Notes under the pieces: generated by a model
Told to the model about the DNA's origin: nothing
Databases searched by the model: none
The model's input: only the letters and a program-made list of their open reading frames with translations
Made by a program: the position numbers and the translations under genes
Source: a virus
Direction: 5' to 3' (one strand)
Virus record (IMG/VR): IMGVR_UViG_3300047089_000152
Span: 32,001 to 96,000 of that record
DNA length: 64,000 nt
Part shown: in pieces, positions 49,736 through 58,512 of the stretch
Position numbering within the stretch: the first letter of the stretch is position 1
Layout: the number at the start of each line of letters is the position of its first letter

Positions 49736-50014
49736 TCACCCGCGGCCCGGCTTGTCCCCGGTATACAAGTGGTAGTGCTCGCGTATGCTGTCGCGTTCCG
49801 GGGGGTCCGGGTGGTGCCGGTGACAAGCCACCCACGCGGTGCCCTCCACCGGGAACCGTCCTATCCGCAGGCACCGGGGTTCGTGGCAGTTGTTCTTCCG
49901 CACATGCACGTACACGTTCGTCACGATACCCACCGTGAACACTGTCACCGCGAAAAAACCCGACCAGAACAAATACCACGGGCTGTTCGCGCTGTCCAGG
50001 CCCATCCAGTGCAT
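49736..50014 (-). CDS. small membrane protein
   Basis: WY.FWSGF TM segment, then NCH...C.RIG. Confidence 0.6.
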   Translation of the reverse strand: MHWMGLDSANSPWYLFWSGFFAVTVFTVGIVTNVYVHVRKNNCHEPRCLRIGRFPVEGTAWVACHRHHPDPPERDSIREHYHLYTGDKPGRG

Positions 50015-50183
50015 GACTACTTGGTCCGGTCATCCTTGTAATCATGACACTTGTCGCCGTTAGCGACAGTGGCCAGTTCCTTACCTGCCTGCGCCACCAG
50101 CCCCGCCCCGGCCGTGTTCGACGCTGCCGTCCCGGAAATCAGGCCCGGCGCGCTAGCCGGGGGGTAGACACGCGCCAGGTCAC

Positions 50184-50732
50184 TCACCCGTGATACCTGC
50201 CACCGCGCAGCACCCGGCCCGAACCCGGCTGGAACTTCCCGCCAGGAACCGGTTCGTTACCCGCGATGCCGGGCAGCTGCGGGCCACCCGTCCCGTACCC
50301 CTGGTCGTTGGCCTGGGTGGAATCGTGCGGGCCTTCCAGGTCATCGGAGACCATGTCGGACTTGTACGTCCCCGAAAACGGGGAACCCGGCCTGGTGTAA
50401 CTCACCGAAGATGCACCACCCGCATTATTCGGGGTCGTGCCGGTACCCGGAGCACCCGTCTGCGTGATCTCCGCGTCGGTGATACCAGTCAGCCCGTCAA
50501 CCAGCTGACCCGGTTCGACCGTCGGGTCGGTGTCACCGGCCCCGCCAGTCGTCCCCGGCGCGCCCGTCCCAGTAGGCAGCGGCCCACCGAAAATCGCTGC
50601 GCCCCAGTCACCAACCGGGTACTGTCCCGGCTCGTTCGTCGGGTCATTCGACGCCGACGTCCCCGACTGCCTGTTTCCCTTACCGGAAACCTGGCCGCCA
50701 CCGTCAGGAGTCTGACTCGGCTCAATAGGCAT
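50184..50732 (-). CDS. Gly/Pro/Thr-rich protein
   Basis: GGAGG RBS; low complexity. Confidence 0.6.
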   Translation of the reverse strand: MPIEPSQTPDGGGQVSGKGNRQSGTSASNDPTNEPGQYPVGDWGAAIFGGPLPTGTGAPGTTGGAGDTDPTVEPGQLVDGLTGITDAEITQTGAPGTGTTPNNAGGASSVSYTRPGSPFSGTYKSDMVSDDLEGPHDSTQANDQGYGTGGPQLPGIAGNEPVPGGKFQPGSGRVLRGGRYHG

Positions 50733-50780
50733 AACTGCCTCCTTCTGCCCCCCGAAGGGAGCGACCCTTTTGATCTGCTT

Positions 50781-51077
50781 TCACCCCTGGCGGGGCAGCC
50801 CGAACTTCGCGTTACCGAACTGCACCGCAACCGGCGAGCACGCCACGCACTGCTTCGTACTGTGATCGTCGCTGTCCGTGCTGACCAGCTGCCCGGGCAG
50901 CGCGTAATGCCCGCACGCCAGCCGCGGTATCTCACCGAACTGGCGGCACTTCGGGCAGATCACCTGACCGGTCCGCAACCTCAAAGCGTCAGCCGTAGCG
51001 CCGATGCGCCGCCCGCAGGAAGTACAGCGTTCCGCGGGCGTCGTATCTGCGCCCTTCAGCTTCCGCTTGTTACTCAC
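50781..51077 (-). CDS. Zn-finger protein
   Basis: multiple CxxC. Confidence 0.55.
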   Translation of the reverse strand: MSNKRKLKGADTTPAERCTSCGRRIGATADALRLRTGQVICPKCRQFGEIPRLACGHYALPGQLVSTDSDDHSTKQCVACSPVAVQFGNAKFGLPRQG

Positions 51078-51457
51078 GGACGCTGACCGTATGTCTCCAT
51101 CAGCTGCTGCTTCGTCGACCCGGCCGCCTCATCCGGGTCCGCTCCCTGAGTAACCGCATGGTCGACCCAGTCCTGCTTCGGTGCCGCAGGGCGTGGCGGT
51201 CCGTCCGCCGGTGCAGGCTCAGGTTCCTCTTCTTCAGTATCCACGGGGCCCGCACCAGTATTCGCCGGTTCCGAAACGGGCACCTGCGGGGGAACGTATG
51301 CAGGCGGGTCATCTGAATCCGACACCCACACTGCCAGGCCACCCCGGATCAGGTCCGCGCCCTCAGCCGCCGAAACTTCCAGCTGCCCGTACGGGGGCTG
51401 CGGCCACGCCGCGTCGTTACGGCTCCCCGAAATCCCGACAATCATCCGCACAATCAC
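51074..51457 (-). CDS. capsid-adjacent small protein
   Basis: directly after capsid; P...APK.DWV..A...TK..L motif. Confidence 0.6.
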   Translation of the reverse strand: MIVRMIVGISGSRNDAAWPQPPYGQLEVSAAEGADLIRGGLAVWVSDSDDPPAYVPPQVPVSEPANTGAGPVDTEEEEPEPAPADGPPRPAAPKQDWVDHAVTQGADPDEAAGSTKQQLMETYGQRP

Positions 51458-51529
51458 GATAAGACTCCCTCAGCGACGGCCCCGTTGAAGCCAGGGGAGC
51501 GGGCTGCTGCCCGCCCCCCTGGACGTATA

Positions 51530-52771
51530 CTACGTGGCCGCGCCAGCGAAGTACTTCAGAGCACCGGTCTGGTCCACGAGGACCCCGTCACCACGCAGGA
51601 TGGCGCGGAAGGTCACCAGGTCGGTGGAGAACGCGAAGTCGTCGGACCGCTCGAACCGGACCCCGCCGACCAGACGCACGAAGTACTGCGAGAAGTCACC
51701 GAAAACAATGGACTTCGCGGACAGCGCCTGCGCGGGCATGAACGGGTCAGCGACCAGCGGCTTACCCAGCAGAAGGTCCGGGGACCCGAGCACCGCGGAA
51801 GGCTCCCAGATGGGGCGGCCGACAGTGTCGGTGATCTTCCTGAACCCGCCGATCGTCTTGTCAGCCGCCAGCCAGTAGCAGCTGCGGGACTGACGGTACG
51901 GGGCGATCACGGAGTATTCCAGGTCGACCAGGTTCGCATAGCTGGGCGCACCGGAAACACCGGTCGTGGTGCCGGTAACGCCGAGGGTCGCACCGGTGAT
52001 GACACCACCGGATACACCGTTGATGCCGTTGACCAGAGACGTGCCGAACACGTTACCGATCGCCCGCCCGGCCTGCATCGCGAGATAACCCAGCAGGTCA
52101 ACCGCGGTGTCGTCGATCAGTTCACGCGCCGCCTGGATCATGATGCCGAACTTCACCGCACCGAGGGTCTGCATCGAGAACGCAGGGTCGGACAGGGGAA
52201 GCGCGGAAGCCTGCGAAGCGGTCAGCGCCGTCGAATGCGCAGTCGTCTTCGGAACCTGGAGCGTTTCACCACCACCAGTGTTCAAAACGGTCGGCCCGCA
52301 CTGCATGACACCCGAAACCTCAATGAGGTGGGAAATCAGCTGGTCGTAGAAGTCCGTCGGGATAATACCCGAAACGGCTCCCTGCGTGGACTGCAAAACA
52401 CGGTAGTTGATCGGACCCGGCGCCTGCCGGCGGATCTCCAGCGCCCGCGGGGCACCTTCCTCACCACGCGCCCACTTGCGGATCTCATCGTTCATGTTCC
52501 GCTGCGCCGGGCTACCAGCACCACCCTCACGCGGGCGGCCCTCAAGGTCGTTGAACGCGTCGTCGGCGGCCTTCGCGCGCTTCTCCGTCTCCAGAACCGC
52601 GCCGATGCGCGTGTCCAGCGTGCGCATCTCCTCCTGCATCGCGTCCCACTTACCCTGCTCCTCCGGGGTAAACGAGCGGTTCTCCGCAGCGGCGTCCTCG
52701 GCGATCTTCTTCGCCTCGTTCCACACGCCGAGCCTGCGGTCACGCAGCCTCTTCGCGACTTCACTAGCCAT
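51530..52771 (-). CDS. major capsid protein, HK97 fold
   Basis: N-terminal coiled-coil delta domain; ELIDD..DL; D..GRPIW..LLGKP; FGDFS.Y; R.DG. Confidence 0.95.
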   Translation of the reverse strand: MASEVAKRLRDRRLGVWNEAKKIAEDAAAENRSFTPEEQGKWDAMQEEMRTLDTRIGAVLETEKRAKAADDAFNDLEGRPREGGAGSPAQRNMNDEIRKWARGEEGAPRALEIRRQAPGPINYRVLQSTQGAVSGIIPTDFYDQLISHLIEVSGVMQCGPTVLNTGGGETLQVPKTTAHSTALTASQASALPLSDPAFSMQTLGAVKFGIMIQAARELIDDTAVDLLGYLAMQAGRAIGNVFGTSLVNGINGVSGGVITGATLGVTGTTTGVSGAPSYANLVDLEYSVIAPYRQSRSCYWLAADKTIGGFRKITDTVGRPIWEPSAVLGSPDLLLGKPLVADPFMPAQALSAKSIVFGDFSQYFVRLVGGVRFERSDDFAFSTDLVTFRAILRGDGVLVDQTGALKYFAGAAT

Positions 52772-52953
52772 GACTGGCCCTTTCCCTTGGTACGGACAGA
52801 TCTGTAAGAACCTGCTCCGTCCGCACCCGGGGAGGGTGGCTACGGCCGAGGTAACAATATTCAGTTGTACGTCATCTACCGCACATGGGGCATTTGCCCA
52901 CGGGCGGGTAACACTGGAGGTGCCCGCATTTACTGCATCTCCAGTGCCTCATG

Positions 52954-53166
52954 TCACACCGGGTTGGGTCGGCCCACGTCGGTGTGCGGGTCGCTGCCCG
53001 CGAACCCGGCGTCGGTGTGGTCGACGTGCTCCGCCCCGATCCCGGACGTTTCCGTTCCGAGGACGACACCCAGGTTCCCGGGCTCACCGATTTCCCCTTT
53101 CGGGTCGGTGCCGGTGAACACGTTCGTGTCCGACGTCGCCGGATGCGGTACCCCCACGTCAGGCAT
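52954..53166 (-). CDS. small acidic protein
   Basis: ORF between protease and capsid. Confidence 0.5.
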   Translation of the reverse strand: MPDVGVPHPATSDTNVFTGTDPKGEIGEPGNLGVVLGTETSGIGAEHVDHTDAGFAGSDPHTDVGRPNPV

Positions 53167-53172
53167 GGCCGG

Positions 53173-54168
53173 TCACTCGTCGTTGGCGTAGGGGTCTTCG
53201 GCGTTGTCCAGCAGGTCCAGCATGGCCAGCGCACCCGTCAGGGTCTTCTTCCGCTCCTGCTTGGCCTTCGCCTGCCGCGGGCCAGTATTGTCGGTCCGCT
53301 TGAAGAACTCCATCGCCCTGTTCTCGACCAGACGCTCCCGGACCTCTTCCGGTTCGGCCTGCGCCCACTGAGCCAGCGAGTACACGGCACCGTTGATAGC
53401 CCGCGCCGCCGCTGTCGCGTCCGGATAGGCAGGGTCCAGTACCGGGGCCACGTCGATCAGCTGCACCGCGTGCAACGTCCGCATCGGATACCCGAACTGG
53501 TCCGAAACCCCCCACTCATCCCCACCCGGGAACACCCGGAAAGCGAAAGACGAGTGGCAGATGTCGCCGCGCTGCACATATTCCAGCACGTCCCTGCGGG
53601 CCTGCGGGGGTTCCACGTCATACATCAGCCCGGTCGAGTCGATACCCAGCTTCAGCGTGTTCGCCCGGGTAGTACCCAGCAGCGCGTCGTCGCTGTGGTT
53701 GTACCGGCACACCACATCCGGCCACCCGTCCTGCTTGGATTCATCGAACGCGTTCCGGTTCACCTGCTCCACGAAACCGCCCAGCTTCCTGGACAGCTTA
53801 TCGAAACACGCCGCGTAACCCCAGATGTGCTGCGCCTTGTCCTGTTCCGTCCGCACTTCCAGCGGGAACCGGACGAACCGCCGCTCAGGGAACGAACCAG
53901 AATCCGGTTCCATCCCCCCGAACGCACGCGCCGCGCCCGTCACGTTCACGCCATGCTTACGCGCAGCACCGATGATCGCCGGCATCGCGTCCTTACCGAA
54001 CGGCGAATTAGGAGCCTGCGACAGCGATAGCCGCACCGCGGCGGCATCGTGTATCGGGAAGTGACGCTTGTCCCGCGGCGTTGTGCGCCCGCTCATGTCA
54101 CGCATCCCGCCAGGCTCAATCAAAGCGAACTGACTGTCAAGCAGGTTGTGGGTGTCCAGCTCAGCCAT
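53173..54168 (-). CDS. HK97-type prohead protease with N-terminal extra domain
   Basis: GYAA.F...LGGFVE...NH...LLG...RGD...SSFAF..DV.PV..PAY. Confidence 0.9.
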   Translation of the reverse strand: MAELDTHNLLDSQFALIEPGGMRDMSGRTTPRDKRHFPIHDAAAVRLSLSQAPNSPFGKDAMPAIIGAARKHGVNVTGAARAFGGMEPDSGSFPERRFVRFPLEVRTEQDKAQHIWGYAACFDKLSRKLGGFVEQVNRNAFDESKQDGWPDVVCRYNHSDDALLGTTRANTLKLGIDSTGLMYDVEPPQARRDVLEYVQRGDICHSSFAFRVFPGGDEWGVSDQFGYPMRTLHAVQLIDVAPVLDPAYPDATAAARAINGAVYSLAQWAQAEPEEVRERLVENRAMEFFKRTDNTGPRQAKAKQERKKTLTGALAMLDLLDNAEDPYANDE

Positions 54169-54199
54169 GTCTCCTGTCCTTCTCTTTGTACTACGCCGG

Positions 54200-54556
54200 T
54201 CAGGATTTCCTGGCGGGCCGGGCCTTATTCATAGATTTCGCGGGCTTTTTAGCCGCGGGCTTAGCCGCAGCAGGCTTCGCTTCGGCAGCAGGCTTCGCGG
54301 TCTTCGCGGCAGCTGAATCGCCCTTACCCTGCGAGGATGGCAACTCCGGGTATTTCCGACGGACCGCTGCCTGAACTTTTGCCTTCTCCGCAGGCGTCCC
54401 ATTCGCCGCAACTCGTGACAGGGCGTTAGCGCCCCGTGCCTTAGAGTTAATAGGGTATGCGTCAGCACCACCAGGACCACCACCAGGCAGCGCATACGAC
54501 CCAGCCGGCGCGGCAGTATTAGGCGCAGGCTTACCGGTCTTCTTCCTCGGTGGCAT
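54200..54556 (-). CDS. small basic head-region protein
   Basis: YPI..ARGANALSRV...V.RKYP plus Lys/Ala tail; GGGAG RBS. Confidence 0.7.
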   Translation of the reverse strand: MPPRKKTGKPAPNTAAPAGSYALPGGGPGGADAYPINSKARGANALSRVAANGTPAEKAKVQAAVRRKYPELPSSQGKGDSAAAKTAKPAAEAKPAAAKPAAKKPAKSMNKARPARKS

Positions 54557-54575
54557 ATAATCTCCCTTAGTGCCA

Positions 54576-54685
54576 GGTATGGAGGGGTGCGGCTTGGCGT
54601 GGCTTGGCGGGGCGCGGCGGGGATTGCATTGGATTGGATTGGCAGGAACGTCACTGACCTGCACCTACGCGGTGCAGGTCAGTGA
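54576..54685 (+). ncRNA. satellite guide array S6 plus 15-bp hairpin
   Basis: 13 pentamers 54576-54640, GGCA, GGAAC; TATAAT at 54556-54561; inverted repeat 54651-54665/54671-54685. Confidence 0.85.
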
Positions 54686-56314
54686 TTCCCGTTGTGTCCG
54701 TTTGAGCTGGCCTTCGGCGGAATCCACGGCCCGACGAACTCGGGGCCAAGCGCATCATCACGTTCCGCCTGGCGGACCGCTGCGACAATCTTCGCGAACA
54801 CTTCCGGGTGGACACTGGAACCATCGCCGCGCACGGACGTGATCTCCTTGACGATCTCCTGGAGAACATTCGGCGGGACGAACCCGCCCGCACCCGCAGC
54901 ACCAGCCGCACCCGCCACGGCAGGCCCGTTCGCGCCCAGAGCACCAGGCACGTTTATCCCAGGCGGGGCGTTCCCCGCACCAGGCCCCGACGGCTGACCC
55001 GTACCCGGCGGCAACCCCACCGGCTCCTGACCAGCCTGGAGTTCTTGCAGATACTCGACCAGCAGCCGCTGTTCCAGGGTGACCTGCGGGAGGAACGAAT
55101 TCGGGATCGCCCGCGTCGACCGGGCCATCGCGACAATCGCGTCCAGCGGGATCGTGTCCTTACCCATCTGCTGCGGCAACGGCTCCAGGTCCTCCGTGTC
55201 ACGCATCTCATCAATCGACTTGAACCCGATGTCCCGCCACGTCTTGTAAATGTTCGCCCGTTCAGCCAGGTCAGCTTTCAGCAGCGCGTCAGTAGCGAAC
55301 CGGGCGTAACGGTTCGCCGGTAGCAGCTTGAAGAACGCGGTCTCCAGCCGGACCAGCCACGGGCGCAGCGCCTCGATGATCTGCAACGCACCCTGCTGCA
55401 CCGTGGAATACGTCAGCGAGTCGCCACGCTTACCACCCACCCGGTCAGGAGGCAATCCATAAACAGCGGCGAGCTGCGTCGCGTTCATCTGCATCGCCTC
55501 AATAAACTGCGCCTCCGACGGCGGAACAGTCACCGGGTGATAATCCCAGTCACGACCGTATACCAAGGGGGTCCTGTTGCGAATCGACTGGTTCAGTGCG
55601 CTGCGGATCTCCGCAGCCTGCGACGGGTCGATCTCGATCTCGTTGTTCTTGAACGTACCCGGAGGGAACCCGCCGGCCTTGAACCAGTCCGTCCCGAACC
55701 GGGTAGCCTCCAGGCCATTCAGGATCGTCAACGCGAACGCGCGCAGCGGAGAGATACCCTCCGTGCGGCCAGCAAGACTGAATGCCTTGATGTGGAAATA
55801 TTCGTCGCGCTGCATCAACCGCCCGTAAAAATACACGCGGGACCGAAGCGGATTGTACGGCTGCGACTCGTCGTCAATGACCGTGATCATCTCCGGGGGC
55901 ATCCACTGGATCTGCGTCGGATACCCGTACCCGTCACGCCCCAGAATGTATCCCCACGCGTTACCGTGCAGCAAAAGCGCGGTCAAGCATTCATAAAGCC
56001 AATCCATAAGATTTGTTGACGGGGACGGGTCGTCGAATATCGACGGGCCATCCCACTTCTTCTGCCCCGCACCCGGCGTTTTAATGTAAACTTTCAGCGG
56101 CAACGACGCGATGTACTCAGCGATCATCCGCACGCACGCGTACAGCGGTGTCAGTCTTAGCGCCTCGTCGGCCCCGTAAAACGAACGGGACGGATGCGCA
56201 GGGCCACCAGCACTGAAGGGAAAGTAAATACGGCGAGTCCCACGGCCTCCAGGGCACGCCAGAAATAACACGACTCTCAGTTTTACTCGCCAGTACCCGC
56301 TCGACCAGACCCAC
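54679..56314 (-). CDS. HK97-type portal protein, with an apparent frame break near 56225
   Basis: ACV..IA..IASLPL, LLL.GNA, G.SPL, AQFIE...A..YG.PP; the RBS-supported N-terminus is in another frame. Confidence 0.9.
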
Positions 56315-56371
56315 CAGATCACCCCCCTTCTTTATCTTGCGTTCCCTGCTAGATACCCTTATTATTGATTC

Positions 56372-57067
56372 ATGTCACGAACAGCGATAGACCTCACTGG
56401 GCAACGCTTCGGGCGTCTGACCGTACTGATACGCGACCGCACACGCCGAGGAGCTACATACTGGCGCTGCCTCTGTGATTGCGGCAACGAAAAGACCGTC
56501 GCTAGTGCTTCGCTACGCCGTAGCGCCACGACAAGCTGCGGCTGCGCCCACCGCGAGATGCTGATAGCGCGCAACACCGGGCGCTGGCCCGAGCCGTTCT
56601 CAGTCCCTGGATCGCCATCCGCGCCGAAACCAGGATCAGGGCCGAAACCAAGCGTGCTGCATAAACCGACGTACCACTCCTGGTACGGCGCGGTCCGTCG
56701 ATGCACCAGACATGACGACCCTGGATGGCCACGATACGGAGGTCGCGGTATCACGGTCTGCGAACGCTGGCTCGATTACAAAAACTTCCTGGCCGATATG
56801 GGCGAGAGGCCCCCCGACAGGACACTCGACCGGATCAACAACGACGGGGACTACGAGCCAGGCAACTGCCGCTGGGCCACGATCCAGCAGCAGTCCCGCA
56901 ACACAAGCACCTTCAAGCTGACCCCTGCCAAGATCAGAGAGATACTGGACCTTAGCAAGGCAGGTCTGGGTCCGGGGCAGATCGCCATACAGACGGACAT
57001 CAGCTACAGGAATACGCGACTCGTCATCTCGATCGCGGAGGTTGTACGGGCGGCCTTGGTCGCGTAG
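56372..57067 (+). mobile_element. free-standing HNH homing-type endonuclease, antisense in the late operon
   Basis: DLTGQRFGRLTV..W.C.CDCG; YGGRGITVCERW..F.ADMGERP..TLDRINNDGDYEPGNCRWAT. Confidence 0.85.
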
Positions 57068-57270
57068 TATGTCCGTGCCGGGTTACCTCACGGAAGTCAC
57101 GGTAGCCCGGCTCAGGCCCCCGCCTGTATGGGTACACGCGTATCCCGAAGCTTTTAAACGGAGGGAACGGGCGTGGTCCGCCGTCACACGCGGAGGGGGC
57201 ACAAAGCTTTAACGCGGGTCCCAGTGCTCGTAGTATCCGCGTGACTGGTCGGCTAGCGTGCAGGTCATGG

Positions 57271-57510
57271 TCAGCCCCGTTCTGGTTGCGGTGCGGGTGT
57301 GACGGTCACGTGCGCGCCGACACGGTAGCCGTACCGGACGGCGAGGCAGCAGAACACTACGCTGCGCCACAGCGAACCCGTCAGCCAGCCGATCGCGAAG
57401 AAAAACGCCGTGACCAGCGTGATGATCATCACGCCCGCGCGGACCTGGCTGGCGTGTTCAGCTATCTGCTCGACGGGTACGGCTGATAGTGGCCGGGTCG
57501 CGGTTGCCAT
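57271..57510 (-). CDS. small membrane protein
   Basis: two hydrophobic segments; AVR.GY motif. Confidence 0.6.
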   Translation of the reverse strand: MATATRPLSAVPVEQIAEHASQVRAGVMIITLVTAFFFAIGWLTGSLWRSVVFCCLAVRYGYRVGAHVTVTPAPQPERG

Positions 57511-57517
57511 GTTCCTC

Positions 57518-58417
57518 CTACAATCCCTTGTCGGTCATCCACGTCTGCGCGGCCTTGGCTACCTTCGCGTTTCCGCCGATGTGGTGGAGCTGCACCCACG
57601 GGTGGAGCAGCGTGGCGAACGCGACGTCGTCGGTGTTGTGACCCGGGACAGGCACCGGGGGTACCGGGACAGGGACGGGTGCGGGGGCGGTCAACGGCAG
57701 GGACACGGTCGCGTCACCCTGTTCGGCTAGCAGCCGTTCCAGTGTCGCGTAGGAGTAGCAGAATGAGCCGTCGACACCGAACCCTGTGCCCCACGAATTG
57801 TCCAGGAACAGGATCTTCTTGTCGACGTCCTTGCCGCGGCACAGATATTCGTGGCCACCCCGGATCTGCGCGCCAGGGCTGACGGCTACGAGGCCGCTGC
57901 TATCGGGTCGGTCCATCGAGTCATACCAATTCGACCCGATGCCTACCGGGCCTGCTTCCAGCGCGTCGAGGACGTCTGCGAGGGAGAAGCAGTGCAGGTA
58001 CCCCGAAATCCAGCCCATGTTCTTCGCGACCTGCGCCGCCGACGGCCCCGACGAACCATTGTCGTTGGGAGGGTAGGGACCATCCCCGTCGATGGTCTCA
58101 GCCCCACTGTAGATCCGCAGCGCCAGCGGCTCATCCAGAGGGATGTGACCGGCTGGTAGCGCGTCGAACAGGGGTCCCGTGCCGAGCGCACCAACCTGCT
58201 CGTTTCCGGTGCAGGACCCGACGTTGCCCTGATCCAGGATGGGGATCTGCCGGGGCCACAGCTGGGTCGTTAGCCCCGCCGCGGTCCGCTGCCACGGATA
58301 TGCGCGGTTCCGCTCGTCATGATACAGATTCCGCCCCAAGGGCAGGGGGTTCTCGGCTGATGCAGCCTGCCAAGGGATGCGGGCACGCTGGGTGGACCAT
58401 GCGGTCACTACAACCAT
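57518..58417 (-). CDS. papain-like (C1) cysteine peptidase
   Basis: LDQGNVGSCTGN, GGHE, NSWG. Confidence 0.85.
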   Translation of the reverse strand: MVVVTAWSTQRARIPWQAASAENPLPLGRNLYHDERNRAYPWQRTAAGLTTQLWPRQIPILDQGNVGSCTGNEQVGALGTGPLFDALPAGHIPLDEPLALRIYSGAETIDGDGPYPPNDNGSSGPSAAQVAKNMGWISGYLHCFSLADVLDALEAGPVGIGSNWYDSMDRPDSSGLVAVSPGAQIRGGHEYLCRGKDVDKKILFLDNSWGTGFGVDGSFCYSYATLERLLAEQGDATVSLPLTAPAPVPVPVPPVPVPGHNTDDVAFATLLHPWVQLHHIGGNAKVAKAAQTWMTDKGL

Positions 58418-58453
58418 GAGTCTCCTACGTGGTACACTGTAGGTACAGAAAGG

Positions 58454-58509
58454 GGATAGGAGCGGCAGGGCTTGGCCTGGAGAGGATCGGCTGGGATTGG
58501 ATTGGCAGG
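58454..58509 (+). ncRNA. satellite guide array S7
   Basis: 10 pentamers 58454-58503, GGCA GG; TGG-TACACT-GTAGGTAC promoter 58430-58446. Confidence 0.8.
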
Positions 58510-58512
58510 CTT

